Notes under the pieces: generated by a model | The model's input: only the letters and a program-made list of their open reading frames with translations | What the model was told of the DNA's origin: nothing | Database searches by the model: none | Position numbers and translations under genes: made by a program | DNA from: an uncultured Muribaculaceae bacterium | Lineage (GTDB): Bacteria; Pseudomonadota; Alphaproteobacteria; Rs-D84 | DNA: 52,827 bases | Assembly: GCA_964587855.1 (NCBI GenBank) | Contig: CAZPLT010000004.1 | Coordinates: forward strand, 1 to 52,827 | Direction of reading: 5' to 3' | In this document: one piece after another, positions 1 through 8,205 of the stretch | Layout: every line of letters begins with the position of its first letter | How positions within the stretch are numbered: position 1 is the stretch's first letter

Positions 1-52
1 AGCGCTGCGAGGCGTTTAGCTCAACCGTACTAATCGGATGATTGACTTTTTA
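1..52 (+). rRNA. rrl: 23S rRNA, extreme 3' end (partial, runs off the window start)
   Basis: AGCGCTGCGAGGCGTTTAGCTCAACCGTACTAAT matches, from memory, the conserved terminal region of bacterial 23S (E. coli ...AGCGCAGCGATGCGTTGAGCTAACCGGTACTAAT...). 5S follows about 110 nt later. The 3' boundary is approximate. Confidence 0.75.
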
Positions 53-162
53 TCTATTTGTTTGATTTTCTGAAACTTCAGGTTTTGGGAAATCAAACAG
101 AATGCTTGAAGAGTGCGTTGTACAAAATGATTCTTTTTGAAAATACGATGTTTGTGAATTTC

Positions 163-280
163 GTTCTGGTGATTATTGAGCATCAGCCACCCTCTGTTCC
201 ATCCCGAACCAGACAGGGAAACGATGTATCGCCGATGGTACTTTGGCTTAAGCCACGGAAGAGTAGGTCGTCGCCAGAAC
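163..280 (+). rRNA. rrf: 5S rRNA
   Basis: Helix I pairs GTTCTGGTGA with TCGCCAGAAC. Conserved 5S blocks are present: CCATCCCGAACC, GCCGATGGTACT, GAGTAGGTCGTCGCCAG. Length is about 118 nt. Confidence 0.9.
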
Positions 281-318
281 GAAATTCATAAAGATATATA
301 AAACCGAAATATAAATAA

Positions 319-349
319 TCCGCCAATTTTGGCGGTTTTTTTTTTTTTT
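319..349 (+). terminator. rho-independent terminator of the rrn operon
   Basis: Hairpin CCGCCAATTTTGGCGG followed by a 15-T run. Confidence 0.75.
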
Positions 350-360
350 ATAAATTATCT

Positions 361-389
361 TTGACAAACTGTAAATTAGGTATTATTAT
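361..389 (+). promoter_or_regulatory. sigma70-like promoter (TTGACA-17-TATTAT)
   Basis: Perfect -35 TTGACA at 361-366, a 17-nt spacer, then TATTAT at 384-389. The TTG that opens the tracked ORF at 361 is therefore more likely a promoter element than a start codon. Confidence 0.45.
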
Positions 390-405
390 TCAGTATAAAA
401 ATATA

Positions 406-846
406 ATGAGATATAAAATGGATAAAATAGAAACCATAGCTGGTAAAAAAGTAATAAAAGAATTAGATAAAAACACAGTAGTTTTAAAAAATAAAGATAA
501 AATTGAAATATATTTTTCAAAATTTGAAAAAACTATTAAATTTCCGGCGGGTTCCGAATTTATTGATGCCTTTTCTCATCGTGGTAAATGGGTAATAACC
601 AGTGAATATAAAAATGGTTTATTTGGTTTGGATTTAATAGGTAAATTTAAGCGAGTAAATTTATTAAAAAATCTTGCGCAAAAGCCCATGATAGAAGTTA
701 AAGATATGATGAGTTTATATGTTTCTGCAGCATATAGTTATTGTGATGATTTGGGATACCAAGCAAGAAGCGTTTGTTTCCAAGAAGGAAATAAAATGAA
801 AAAAATGAGCGTATCAAAATTAATAAGATCTAGAGTTAGAGAATAA
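406..846 (+). CDS. hypothetical protein (AT-rich orphan)
   Basis: Long ORF. First in-frame ATGs are at 406 and 418. It abuts the next gene (stop 846, next start 848). No recognisable motif and no clear RBS. Confidence 0.45.
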   Translation: MRYKMDKIETIAGKKVIKELDKNTVVLKNKDKIEIYFSKFEKTIKFPAGSEFIDAFSHRGKWVITSEYKNGLFGLDLIGKFKRVNLLKNLAQKPMIEVKDMMSLYVSAAYSYCDDLGYQARSVCFQEGNKMKKMSVSKLIRSRVRE

Positions 847-847
847 A

Positions 848-1468
848 ATGAAAAAAAAGAAAAATCTTTTAGTGTATCTTCATGGGTTTGGTTCACATGG
901 TTACGAGAACTTAAAATTTCAAAAAAAATTGGCGAAAGAATTAGATGCTTATTTATTATCTCCACAGGCGGAATTGCCCAGTGGTCGTGCTCGCGGTGGA
1001 TTTGCTTGGTATCCGTTCAGTGAAGATTGGCAACATGATTTAGATAGTGATTGGTTTATTGGACAACAAGGATTGATTTATGAAGATATAAAAACAGAAT
1101 TAAAAAAATTAAAGTTAGATTGGAATTCTGTAATTTTATCTGGTCGTAGTCAAGGCGCATTTATGGCATTAAAAACGGCACTAGGTGGTGTTATCCCCCA
1201 ACCAAAACTCGTGATATCTTTTAATGGTTATTATATTGATAAAAGTTTATTCCAAATAACAAATACAAATATCCCCGTGTTATGGGGAAATAGCGAACAT
1301 GATAATTTATTATCTAAAGAATTAAAAAATACTCATAGTATTTTAACTAACAAAGGTATAAATACAAAAGTTATGACATTAGATAATTCAAATCATGATA
1401 CGCTAGCATTAAAAGATATACGTAAAATAGTTGTCGAAACGAAACGAATTGAGAATGATCAACGTTAA
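848..1468 (+). CDS. alpha/beta hydrolase, phospholipase/carboxylesterase family
   Basis: LVYLHGFGSHG oxyanion-type start and the nucleophile elbow G-R-S-Q-G (ILSGRSQGAFMAL). About 200 aa, typical of Abhydrolase_2 esterases. No signal peptide. Confidence 0.7.
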   Translation: MKKKKNLLVYLHGFGSHGYENLKFQKKLAKELDAYLLSPQAELPSGRARGGFAWYPFSEDWQHDLDSDWFIGQQGLIYEDIKTELKKLKLDWNSVILSGRSQGAFMALKTALGGVIPQPKLVISFNGYYIDKSLFQITNTNIPVLWGNSEHDNLLSKELKNTHSILTNKGINTKVMTLDNSNHDTLALKDIRKIVVETKRIENDQR

Positions 1469-1472
1469 TTAT

Positions 1473-1493
1473 CCCGCGTTTTGCGGGGTTTTT
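1473..1493 (+). terminator. rho-independent terminator
   Basis: CCCGC-GTTTT-GCGGG stem-loop followed by GTTTTT, directly after the stop at 1468. Confidence 0.6.
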
Positions 1494-1547
1494 ATGCCCG
1501 AAGTTATTCCTATAATTTAAATTATAATTTTTAGTTATAATTATTTC

Positions 1548-1694
1548 ATGATTAAAGAAAATTTAAAAATTATTACTAAACCACAAATGCCTTGTGAAAT
1601 TTGTGGTTTTTGGAGTATGACATGCGATCAGTCTAAATGTCGATATTTTCAAAAATATAAAGAAGAAATGAAAAAAATTGAAGGTTGCAGATAA
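1548..1694 (+). CDS. possible 48-aa four-cysteine mini-protein (C-x2-C ... C-x4-C); may be non-coding
   Basis: ATG-to-TAA ORF not in the track (<60 aa): MIKENLKIITKPQMPCEICGFWSMTCDQSKCRYFQKYKEEMKKIEGCR. The Cys spacing is zinc-ribbon-like. The same DNA also holds a terminator-like hairpin (CCACAAAT-N10-ATTTGTGG-TTTTT), so coding status is uncertain. Confidence 0.2.
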   Translation: MIKENLKIITKPQMPCEICGFWSMTCDQSKCRYFQKYKEEMKKIEGCR

Positions 1695-1749
1695 CTTAAA
1701 AGTCTAAAAATTAAATTAAAAATTTATTTCCAAAATAGAAATTCTTACT

Positions 1750-1777
1750 TTCACAATTTATGCGGTTATGATATAAT
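1750..1777 (+). promoter_or_regulatory. sigma70-like promoter (TTCACA-16-TATAAT) for the 1804 gene
   Basis: -35 at 1750-1755 and -10 TATAAT at 1772-1777. Strong RBS AGAGGAAGGGG lies just before the ATG at 1804. Confidence 0.45.
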
Positions 1778-1803
1778 AAAATAAAAAGAGGAAGGGGTTT
1801 TTT

Positions 1804-3792
1804 ATGAAAAACCAATTTTTTGGATATTTTGCAGCTGTTTTGGGTACAATTTTAGTTGCTCCAGTCCATGCTGATCCAATCGCTGGATATGGACAGGTAA
1901 CACCTGTGACAAGCACTGCATCTACTGCTCAGTCCCCACGTGCGACGTCCACGCAACGTAGTCGTAAATCTGCTGAAAAAAATAAATCCAATGTTAATAA
2001 TGCTGTTGTAGCAAGAAGTGTTTCTTCAAGAAGTACCACCGCTTCTCGTTCTACTGCGCAAGCATCTAAAAACGTGGTTTCTCGTAGTAGTGGCAGTACT
2101 GCTGCTGCATCATCTCGTGCAACAAGTCGTGCCGTACGCTCGCGTGCCGCAACTATTGGTGCTACTGGTTCTACAGCCAGGGTTTCAATTTCTAGTGCAG
2201 CAGGAACCCGAGTTAGTGTAAGCGGTACGTCTTCTACATTGGCCAGTAAATTATATACTGGTACTTACTCGAACATTATTGATCCAACAACTGGTTTGAT
2301 TTCAGCCGATGCTTATAGCAATTGCGTGGAATCTTACTATACATGTATGGATGAAATTTGTACTGCACGTAATCCGGGACAACGCCGTTGTGCATGTGCA
2401 GGCCGTGTCAAAACATTTGCAAACGTAGAATCTCAATTACAAACCGCAAAAGAAGATTTATTAAAAGTTTCTGGGCAATTATCTTTGTTAATTTCAACCA
2501 AGGGTAAAGATGTAACAGATGCATTTACTTTGACAGAAGCAGAAAAAGTTTTGAATTGTGTTTCTTGGCGCGATGCCAAGACAGCAGGCACAGAATCAGA
2601 TTGGTGTGAAAGTCATACATTGCTGGCTGGTACCACTAGCTGCAGCAGTTATGCTGGTCCACCTGATTTTGTATCAGACTATTGCTCTAGCGAAGATTTT
2701 GTTTTGGGTGGCTCTGACTGGATGGATGTATTGAATGGTTCTGATTCCGATATATTATCAGGATTGGAAACTTATGCAGATACGATTAACGAAGTTAATG
2801 TTATAACCGCGGATGACTCGGACAGTTTGTGGTCTTCGTATATGAATGTTAGTGATATAGTTGGTGAATTAGATGGTACGGGAACAATAACAGATCTTTC
2901 GTCAGATACATTGGCCACAATGTGGGGATATGACTTGTTTGCATATGCTCATAATAATGTATGTAACCGAGTTTTGAATTCATGCTTTAATGGAATTTAT
3001 GAAGCATGCGGAAGTCATGATGGAACAACTGGCCCATATAATTATAATAATACTATAACCATAGATAACGACAGTTCGGATTTGACCTTTGTTGAAGCAA
3101 GTGCATCAACAACTACAAGTACTGCAACTTGTTTTGGTTATTCTTCGACCAGCGGCGATCCTTATTCAACATTACGTCGTCCAATTGCTAATTCTCGTCG
3201 CAGCATATTACAAAAATATGCGCTGGATGCTAATGCTGATTGCGATACTTATGGGGAAAAGTTAAAAACCCAGGCGACAAATATGGCGTATCAAAAAATT
3301 GCCGCTACACAATATCTTCAGAAAAAACGTTTAGAGTTTGCACAAGAAGAAGAGGTTGCAATCGCAACAGAATTGGCAGGGGCTAAAGAATATTATCGTA
3401 ATTGTGTAAATGAAGTTTATGATTGCTATGATCAACAAACCAGAACGAATCCAACATGGACAGCAGCACGTATAAAGAATTATTGTGCTCAAAGCGCAGA
3501 ATCTCCAAGCTGCTATAAAACAATGATATGTGATCAGGAAGTTCAAGTACTTATTGATCTTGCAGATAACATAACGTGTAATGATACTTTAGATTGGGAT
3601 AATAATACATGTAGAAACATCGTTCTGTTATCAGAAATCCTGAATGGAACGGGTGCGGCCGCAGTAGCAACGGGTAGTGAAGTAACAGCAAACTCTGCAG
3701 GATTACGCGAATACTGTTTGCAAGAAACGCCGGGTGTATATGGCGCAGGTAGTATTCGTAATTTCGGAGTTGATTGGGGCCCAGGATTTTAA
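1804..3792 (+). CDS. secreted cysteine-rich protein, unknown family (paralogue A)
   Basis: Strong RBS and signal peptide (MKNQFFGYFAAVLGTILVAPVHA). About 150 aa of Cys-free basic Ser/Thr/Ala/Arg-rich low complexity follow. Then come C-x6-C-x4-C-x9-C-x-C, a coiled coil, an acidic Ser/Asp tract and repeated C-x6-C units. I hand-counted 22 Cys, all after about aa 170. Confidence 0.85.
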   Translation: MKNQFFGYFAAVLGTILVAPVHADPIAGYGQVTPVTSTASTAQSPRATSTQRSRKSAEKNKSNVNNAVVARSVSSRSTTASRSTAQASKNVVSRSSGSTAAASSRATSRAVRSRAATIGATGSTARVSISSAAGTRVSVSGTSSTLASKLYTGTYSNIIDPTTGLISADAYSNCVESYYTCMDEICTARNPGQRRCACAGRVKTFANVESQLQTAKEDLLKVSGQLSLLISTKGKDVTDAFTLTEAEKVLNCVSWRDAKTAGTESDWCESHTLLAGTTSCSSYAGPPDFVSDYCSSEDFVLGGSDWMDVLNGSDSDILSGLETYADTINEVNVITADDSDSLWSSYMNVSDIVGELDGTGTITDLSSDTLATMWGYDLFAYAHNNVCNRVLNSCFNGIYEACGSHDGTTGPYNYNNTITIDNDSSDLTFVEASASTTTSTATCFGYSSTSGDPYSTLRRPIANSRRSILQKYALDANADCDTYGEKLKTQATNMAYQKIAATQYLQKKRLEFAQEEEVAIATELAGAKEYYRNCVNEVYDCYDQQTRTNPTWTAARIKNYCAQSAESPSCYKTMICDQEVQVLIDLADNITCNDTLDWDNNTCRNIVLLSEILNGTGAAAVATGSEVTANSAGLREYCLQETPGVYGAGSIRNFGVDWGPGF

Positions 3793-3813
3793 TTGAAAGA
3801 TAATAAAGAGCAA

Positions 3814-6138
3814 ATGATGGGTTTTTTACATTCATATGTGAAAAAAATAATCACGCTTGGCGCGCATGTTGTTTTTGCTCTTTTTGTTTTTGAAAATGCG
3901 TATGCTGCAGAAGTTAGTAGAGCAATTCCGGGCAAGGCAAATATTGTCGCCCAACAATCTGCAACAGAAACGACCGATAATGATAATATCAAATCTATAA
4001 GTCAACGTTCTGCAACGCCAGTAGTGGCAAGAACTGCAGCAGTAGCATCAAGAACGGCAACTAGTGCTGCCCCCAGAGAATCATTGAATGAAACTGCACG
4101 CCAGGTTGGTCGTTCTTCTAGGACAGAAGCAGCCAGTTTGAATTCTTCTGCGCCAGTTCGTCGTGCTGGAATTTCATTGCGTCCAACAACGGCAGAGGTT
4201 GGCGGGCGTGCAACAATTGTTGGTACTAATATTCAAACTGGTTCTAATATGAGTTCTGAAAATCGCCGTTTAACATCACGGGCTGCAACGGTTGGTCCGT
4301 CTGGTGTGGTGTCTACATCTGCTGGCAGTGATATAGAAAGTTCGAATAATATAACAGAATCATGTATTGCACAATATACAGATTGTATGGATCAATTTTG
4401 TTCAGTTATAGATGCAAATCAAAAAAGATGTGCGTGCAGTAATCGTCTCTCTTCTTATTCAAAGGTAGCATCTGCTGTAAAAGAAGCCAATACTCAATTA
4501 AATGATGTTGCTCAACGTATTCGTTATGTTGGATTATCTGCTGATGAAATCACCGCTATTATGAGTGCAACCGAGGCAGAAGAAGCATTAGAAAGAACGA
4601 AAGACACCACAGAATCTCGTAATATGTTGGATGAAATTGAAAAGCTTATTAAATCACCAGAAACAGCAACCAGTTCCAGCAGCAGTACTTCATTGGATTT
4701 AGATATTAGTTTTGATGCATCGGCAGATCCAGCAGATATGTTTAGTTTATCTGACAGTTCCAGTGATTCATTTTCTAGTTTACGTGGAACAGATCTTTAT
4801 AATTCAGCAAAAAAAAGATGTCAATCAATATTAACCTCTTGTAAATCAAAAGGTGCTGATATGTCCCAGGTCCAGGGTCGTTATGATATAGCAATTGATA
4901 AAGATTGTATATCGTATGAAACTGGTTTGGAAAAGATGAATCAAACCCTGCGCACGAATGTACGCAGTGCAACGCAAATGTTGCAAAAAGCACGCTTGGC
5001 GGTTTTGGATAATCATAATACTTATGATGCCAAAGGTTGTGTGGGTGCTTTAGAAGACTGTATGCAAGATGATATGGTTTGTGGCAGTGATTATTCAAAA
5101 TGTTTAGATCCTACAAAACGTTATATAGATGAAAATGGCGAAGTTGTTCTGGGACAAAATATTTCCAAGATCAGGGATATGATGGAGAATTTTGATAATT
5201 CTTCTATAGATGCTACATTTATTAGCAATGCATGGAGTATGTCCAGTATTACAAACTGTGATATATCGCCAAATAATAATGGTAAATGTATTGTAAAATA
5301 TCTTTTGGGAAAAATCGGAATGACGGATTCTACCAGTTCTGGTTTATGCCGACCAGTTCTAGAAAAATGTCAAAAGCAGACATATGATAGCAATGGAAGA
5401 TATAATTCTAAAAATTCAATAGTAGTTAATTATATTCAACGTGCTATGACTAATATTCGTGCAGATCAGGAAAAAATTATTTCTGATTATGCGTCCAGTT
5501 GTATGGCAGATATTGCGACATGCTATTCTAAACAGGTTACACAGATTAACGCATGGTCATCAAATGCGAATGTGCAAAATGTTTATTCAGTGTTAAAGGG
5601 CGCATGCCGTAATGTTGCGCTGACATGCAGTTATGCTGTATTTGCTGCAGACACAGGAATTGATGGTTGCCCAACAGAACAATTAATAACCTATCCATCT
5701 GAAACCGCATCAGATTCGTTACGCCAAAGCATTTGTATAGAAAATATTTCCGATATATTCTATCAATCAATGCTGTGCCCAGATTATTCTGTATGGGTGG
5801 CCACCGCGGGAGCAATTGGCAGTCTATATAGCTCTGGAACCAATGTTTATGTTAATGAACGTTGTATTTGCCAAGATGGGTATGGCGTGGACGATGGTGA
5901 ATGTATACAGTGTCCAACAGGGTACGAATTTAATTCCGCGTGTAATTATGCTAATGAATCAGTTGGTTGCCCGATTATTGGATGCGGTTGCCCATCTACA
6001 ACACCATATTGGGATAATGAAGATGAAGAATGTGTTGCTGTGTGTCCAACGGGAATACATGTTAACCCTAATAATAATGTTTGTTGCCCTTCTTCGACTC
6101 CATCTTGGAATAGTTTAACGGAAGTTTGCGAAGAATAA
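3814..6138 (+). CDS. secreted cysteine-rich protein, unknown family (paralogue B) with EGF/furin-like Cys-repeat tail
   Basis: Same architecture and collinear motifs as 1804..3792. The frame opens at TTG 3793, right after the upstream stop. ATG 3814, preceded by AAAGAG, is the likelier start. Hydrophobic signal: HVVFALFVFENAYA. Confidence 0.85.
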   Translation: MMGFLHSYVKKIITLGAHVVFALFVFENAYAAEVSRAIPGKANIVAQQSATETTDNDNIKSISQRSATPVVARTAAVASRTATSAAPRESLNETARQVGRSSRTEAASLNSSAPVRRAGISLRPTTAEVGGRATIVGTNIQTGSNMSSENRRLTSRAATVGPSGVVSTSAGSDIESSNNITESCIAQYTDCMDQFCSVIDANQKRCACSNRLSSYSKVASAVKEANTQLNDVAQRIRYVGLSADEITAIMSATEAEEALERTKDTTESRNMLDEIEKLIKSPETATSSSSSTSLDLDISFDASADPADMFSLSDSSSDSFSSLRGTDLYNSAKKRCQSILTSCKSKGADMSQVQGRYDIAIDKDCISYETGLEKMNQTLRTNVRSATQMLQKARLAVLDNHNTYDAKGCVGALEDCMQDDMVCGSDYSKCLDPTKRYIDENGEVVLGQNISKIRDMMENFDNSSIDATFISNAWSMSSITNCDISPNNNGKCIVKYLLGKIGMTDSTSSGLCRPVLEKCQKQTYDSNGRYNSKNSIVVNYIQRAMTNIRADQEKIISDYASSCMADIATCYSKQVTQINAWSSNANVQNVYSVLKGACRNVALTCSYAVFAADTGIDGCPTEQLITYPSETASDSLRQSICIENISDIFYQSMLCPDYSVWVATAGAIGSLYSSGTNVYVNERCICQDGYGVDDGECIQCPTGYEFNSACNYANESVGCPIIGCGCPSTTPYWDNEDEECVAVCPTGIHVNPNNNVCCPSSTPSWNSLTEVCEE

Positions 6139-6194
6139 ATTTCTTGAAAATTGTATAACATTTGCTATGCTTTTTCAAAAAGGAAGAAAGCATA

Positions 6195-7736
6195 ATGAGT
6201 GAAGCATACGCCGTTCTGGCACGTAAATACCGCAGTCAAGATTTCAACAGTTTAATTGGACAAGATGTTCTGGTCAAAACATTGACCACGGCAATCAATA
6301 CAGACCGTATTGCACATGCTTATATCTTTACTGGAATTCGTGGAACTGGTAAAACCAGTACTGCGCGAATACTGGCTAAATCTTTGAATTGTTTAAGCTC
6401 GGGCAAGGCTACGTCCAATCCTTGTGGGGTATGTGAAAATTGCAAAGCAATTGCCGCGGGGCAGCACATTGATGTTTTGGAAATTGACGCGGCATCTCAT
6501 ACGGGTGTTGATAATATGCGTGATATTTTGGACGCGGCGCAATATCGCCCAACAAATGGCAGATACAAAGTTTATATAATTGACGAAGTTCATATGCTTT
6601 CCACCAGTGCGTTTAATGCTTTATTAAAAACATTAGAAGAACCGCCAGAACACGTTATTTTTATTTTGGCTACAACAGAAATTAGAAAGGTTCCAGTTAC
6701 GATTTTATCACGTTGCCAACGCTTTGATTTGGTTCGAGTTCCGGTTGAAACACTTAAAAAACATTTTGCATGGATTGCAACCCAAGAAAAAATAGAATTA
6801 TCAGATTGTGCCAATGAATTATTGGCGCGCGCGGCAGATGGTTCGGTTCGAGATGGATTATCTTTGCTGGACCAGGCAATCGCGCAAACAGGTGGCAAGG
6901 TTGATGAAATTGCCGTGATGAATATGTTAAAGCGTGCAGATCGCGCCGTGGTTGTTGATTTTATGCGTATTGTATTGTCTGGTGATACATCGGCTGCAAT
7001 TCAAAAGGTGGACGAGTTATATTCTAATGGTGCCGATTTAACAATGTTATTAAATGATATGATGGAATGGACGCATTGGGCAACACGTATGCATCCCAGT
7101 TTACGTGTAAGTGATACTAACTCTGCGCCATATACAACCGATCAAAAAGAACAGATTAAAAAAATAAATGAAACAACGTCTTTGAATACTTTATCCAGAA
7201 TATGGCAGGTAATGGTGGCCAGTGTTCCAGAAATGCAAGCTGCTGGAAATCCCAAACAATGTTTTGATATGTTGATTGTTCGTTTGATGCATGTTGCTGA
7301 TATGCCCAGCATTTCAGAAATTATAAAAAATGAAACATCACCAGTAAAATCAGTAGTGCAAAAATCTGTATGTAAACCAGTGGAGAATTCTAAACAAAAT
7401 ATTTCAACCGTTGCGGAGCTTTCTAAAGCGTTATCTGATTCCAAAGAAGTTCTTTTAATGACGCATTGGAATAATAATATAGAAGTTGCAGAATTTACAG
7501 ATGGGAATATTAGATTCTTTGATAGGAAAGATGATAATGATTTTCAAAAAAAATTACGCGCATTCTTACTTGAAAAGACAGGGAAAGAATGGGTAATGGA
7601 AAAACTTGAACCAATACAAAAAGCTGAAAATTTGCAAACTCCAACCGAAGCAATACGGGCAGAGTTAGAATCAGATCCTGAAATAGCAAATGCTTTGGAT
7701 TTGTTTGCTGGTGCAGAAATTGTGTCAGTGAAATAA
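6195..7736 (+). CDS. dnaX: DNA polymerase III subunit gamma/tau
   Basis: Walker A GIRGTGKTS, Zn module CGVCENCKAI, DEVH box YIIDEVHMLS, SRC motif LSRCQRF. ATG 6195 follows RBS AAAGGAAG. Confidence 0.95.
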   Translation: MSEAYAVLARKYRSQDFNSLIGQDVLVKTLTTAINTDRIAHAYIFTGIRGTGKTSTARILAKSLNCLSSGKATSNPCGVCENCKAIAAGQHIDVLEIDAASHTGVDNMRDILDAAQYRPTNGRYKVYIIDEVHMLSTSAFNALLKTLEEPPEHVIFILATTEIRKVPVTILSRCQRFDLVRVPVETLKKHFAWIATQEKIELSDCANELLARAADGSVRDGLSLLDQAIAQTGGKVDEIAVMNMLKRADRAVVVDFMRIVLSGDTSAAIQKVDELYSNGADLTMLLNDMMEWTHWATRMHPSLRVSDTNSAPYTTDQKEQIKKINETTSLNTLSRIWQVMVASVPEMQAAGNPKQCFDMLIVRLMHVADMPSISEIIKNETSPVKSVVQKSVCKPVENSKQNISTVAELSKALSDSKEVLLMTHWNNNIEVAEFTDGNIRFFDRKDDNDFQKKLRAFLLEKTGKEWVMEKLEPIQKAENLQTPTEAIRAELESDPEIANALDLFAGAEIVSVK

Positions 7737-7746
7737 AGGATAAAAA

Positions 7747-8205
7747 ATGAAAGAACAAAGCGGGCGTAGTTTAATTGAAATGTTGGGGGTCATGGCAATA
7801 GCTGGGGTTATGACAGCTGGCGCAATCAAAATGTATCAGGTTGTTCGTACCAGACAAGTTCATATGATGGCCGCAGAAAAAATGAAAACAGTTGCATTAA
7901 ATACAAAATTATTATATGCAGCGCGCAGTAACTATGCTGGAATATCTATAGATTATTTGATCAAGTCTGGGGTAATGAGCTGTGGAAAATCGCCATTGCC
8001 GGGCACAATCTTTTCATTTACAGAAAATCCTGGCAGCAAAGAATTCGCAATGGTTTTTTCAGGTTTAGATTATAAAGATTGTATATGGATGACGACACTT
8101 AAAACAGATTGGGCATCCAAGGTTAGCGTTAATGGATATTTTGAATCTGCCAGTACGTATTGCAAAGAAAACGAAAAAAACGAAGTTCAAGTTTGGGTGA
8201 AATGA
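7747..8205 (+). CDS. type IV pilin / pseudopilin-like protein (class III signal peptide)
   Basis: N-terminus MKEQSG|RSLIEMLGVMAIAGVMTAGAI has a short basic leader, Gly at -1, Glu at +5 and a hydrophobic helix. Cysteines in the C-terminal half are as in pilin disulfide loops. About 150 aa. Confidence 0.7.
   Translation: MKEQSGRSLIEMLGVMAIAGVMTAGAIKMYQVVRTRQVHMMAAEKMKTVALNTKLLYAARSNYAGISIDYLIKSGVMSCGKSPLPGTIFSFTENPGSKEFAMVFSGLDYKDCIWMTTLKTDWASKVSVNGYFESASTYCKENEKNEVQVWVK

Noticed and set aside
2018-2221. Alternative-frame ORFs inside the giant Cys-rich genes (2018-2221, 5816-6118, and minus-strand 3331-3992).
   Set aside because: They are embedded in, or antisense to, long ORFs with signal peptides and paralogous structure. 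The 2018 ORF is a by-product of the repetitive Ser/Arg/Ala-coding DNA.
7155-7171. A7 run (ATT AAA AAA ATA AAT GA) inside dnaX. A -1 slip on it would reach TGA after two further sense codons (AAT AAA), mimicking the E. coli tau/gamma frameshift.
   Set aside because: The shift would truncate the protein at about aa 325, inside the region that aligns with clamp-loader domain III (LSRIWQ...). It would not fall after that domain, as in E. coli gamma. There is no downstream stem-loop or upstream SD-like stimulator, and A-runs are common in this AT-rich genome. It is probably coincidental.
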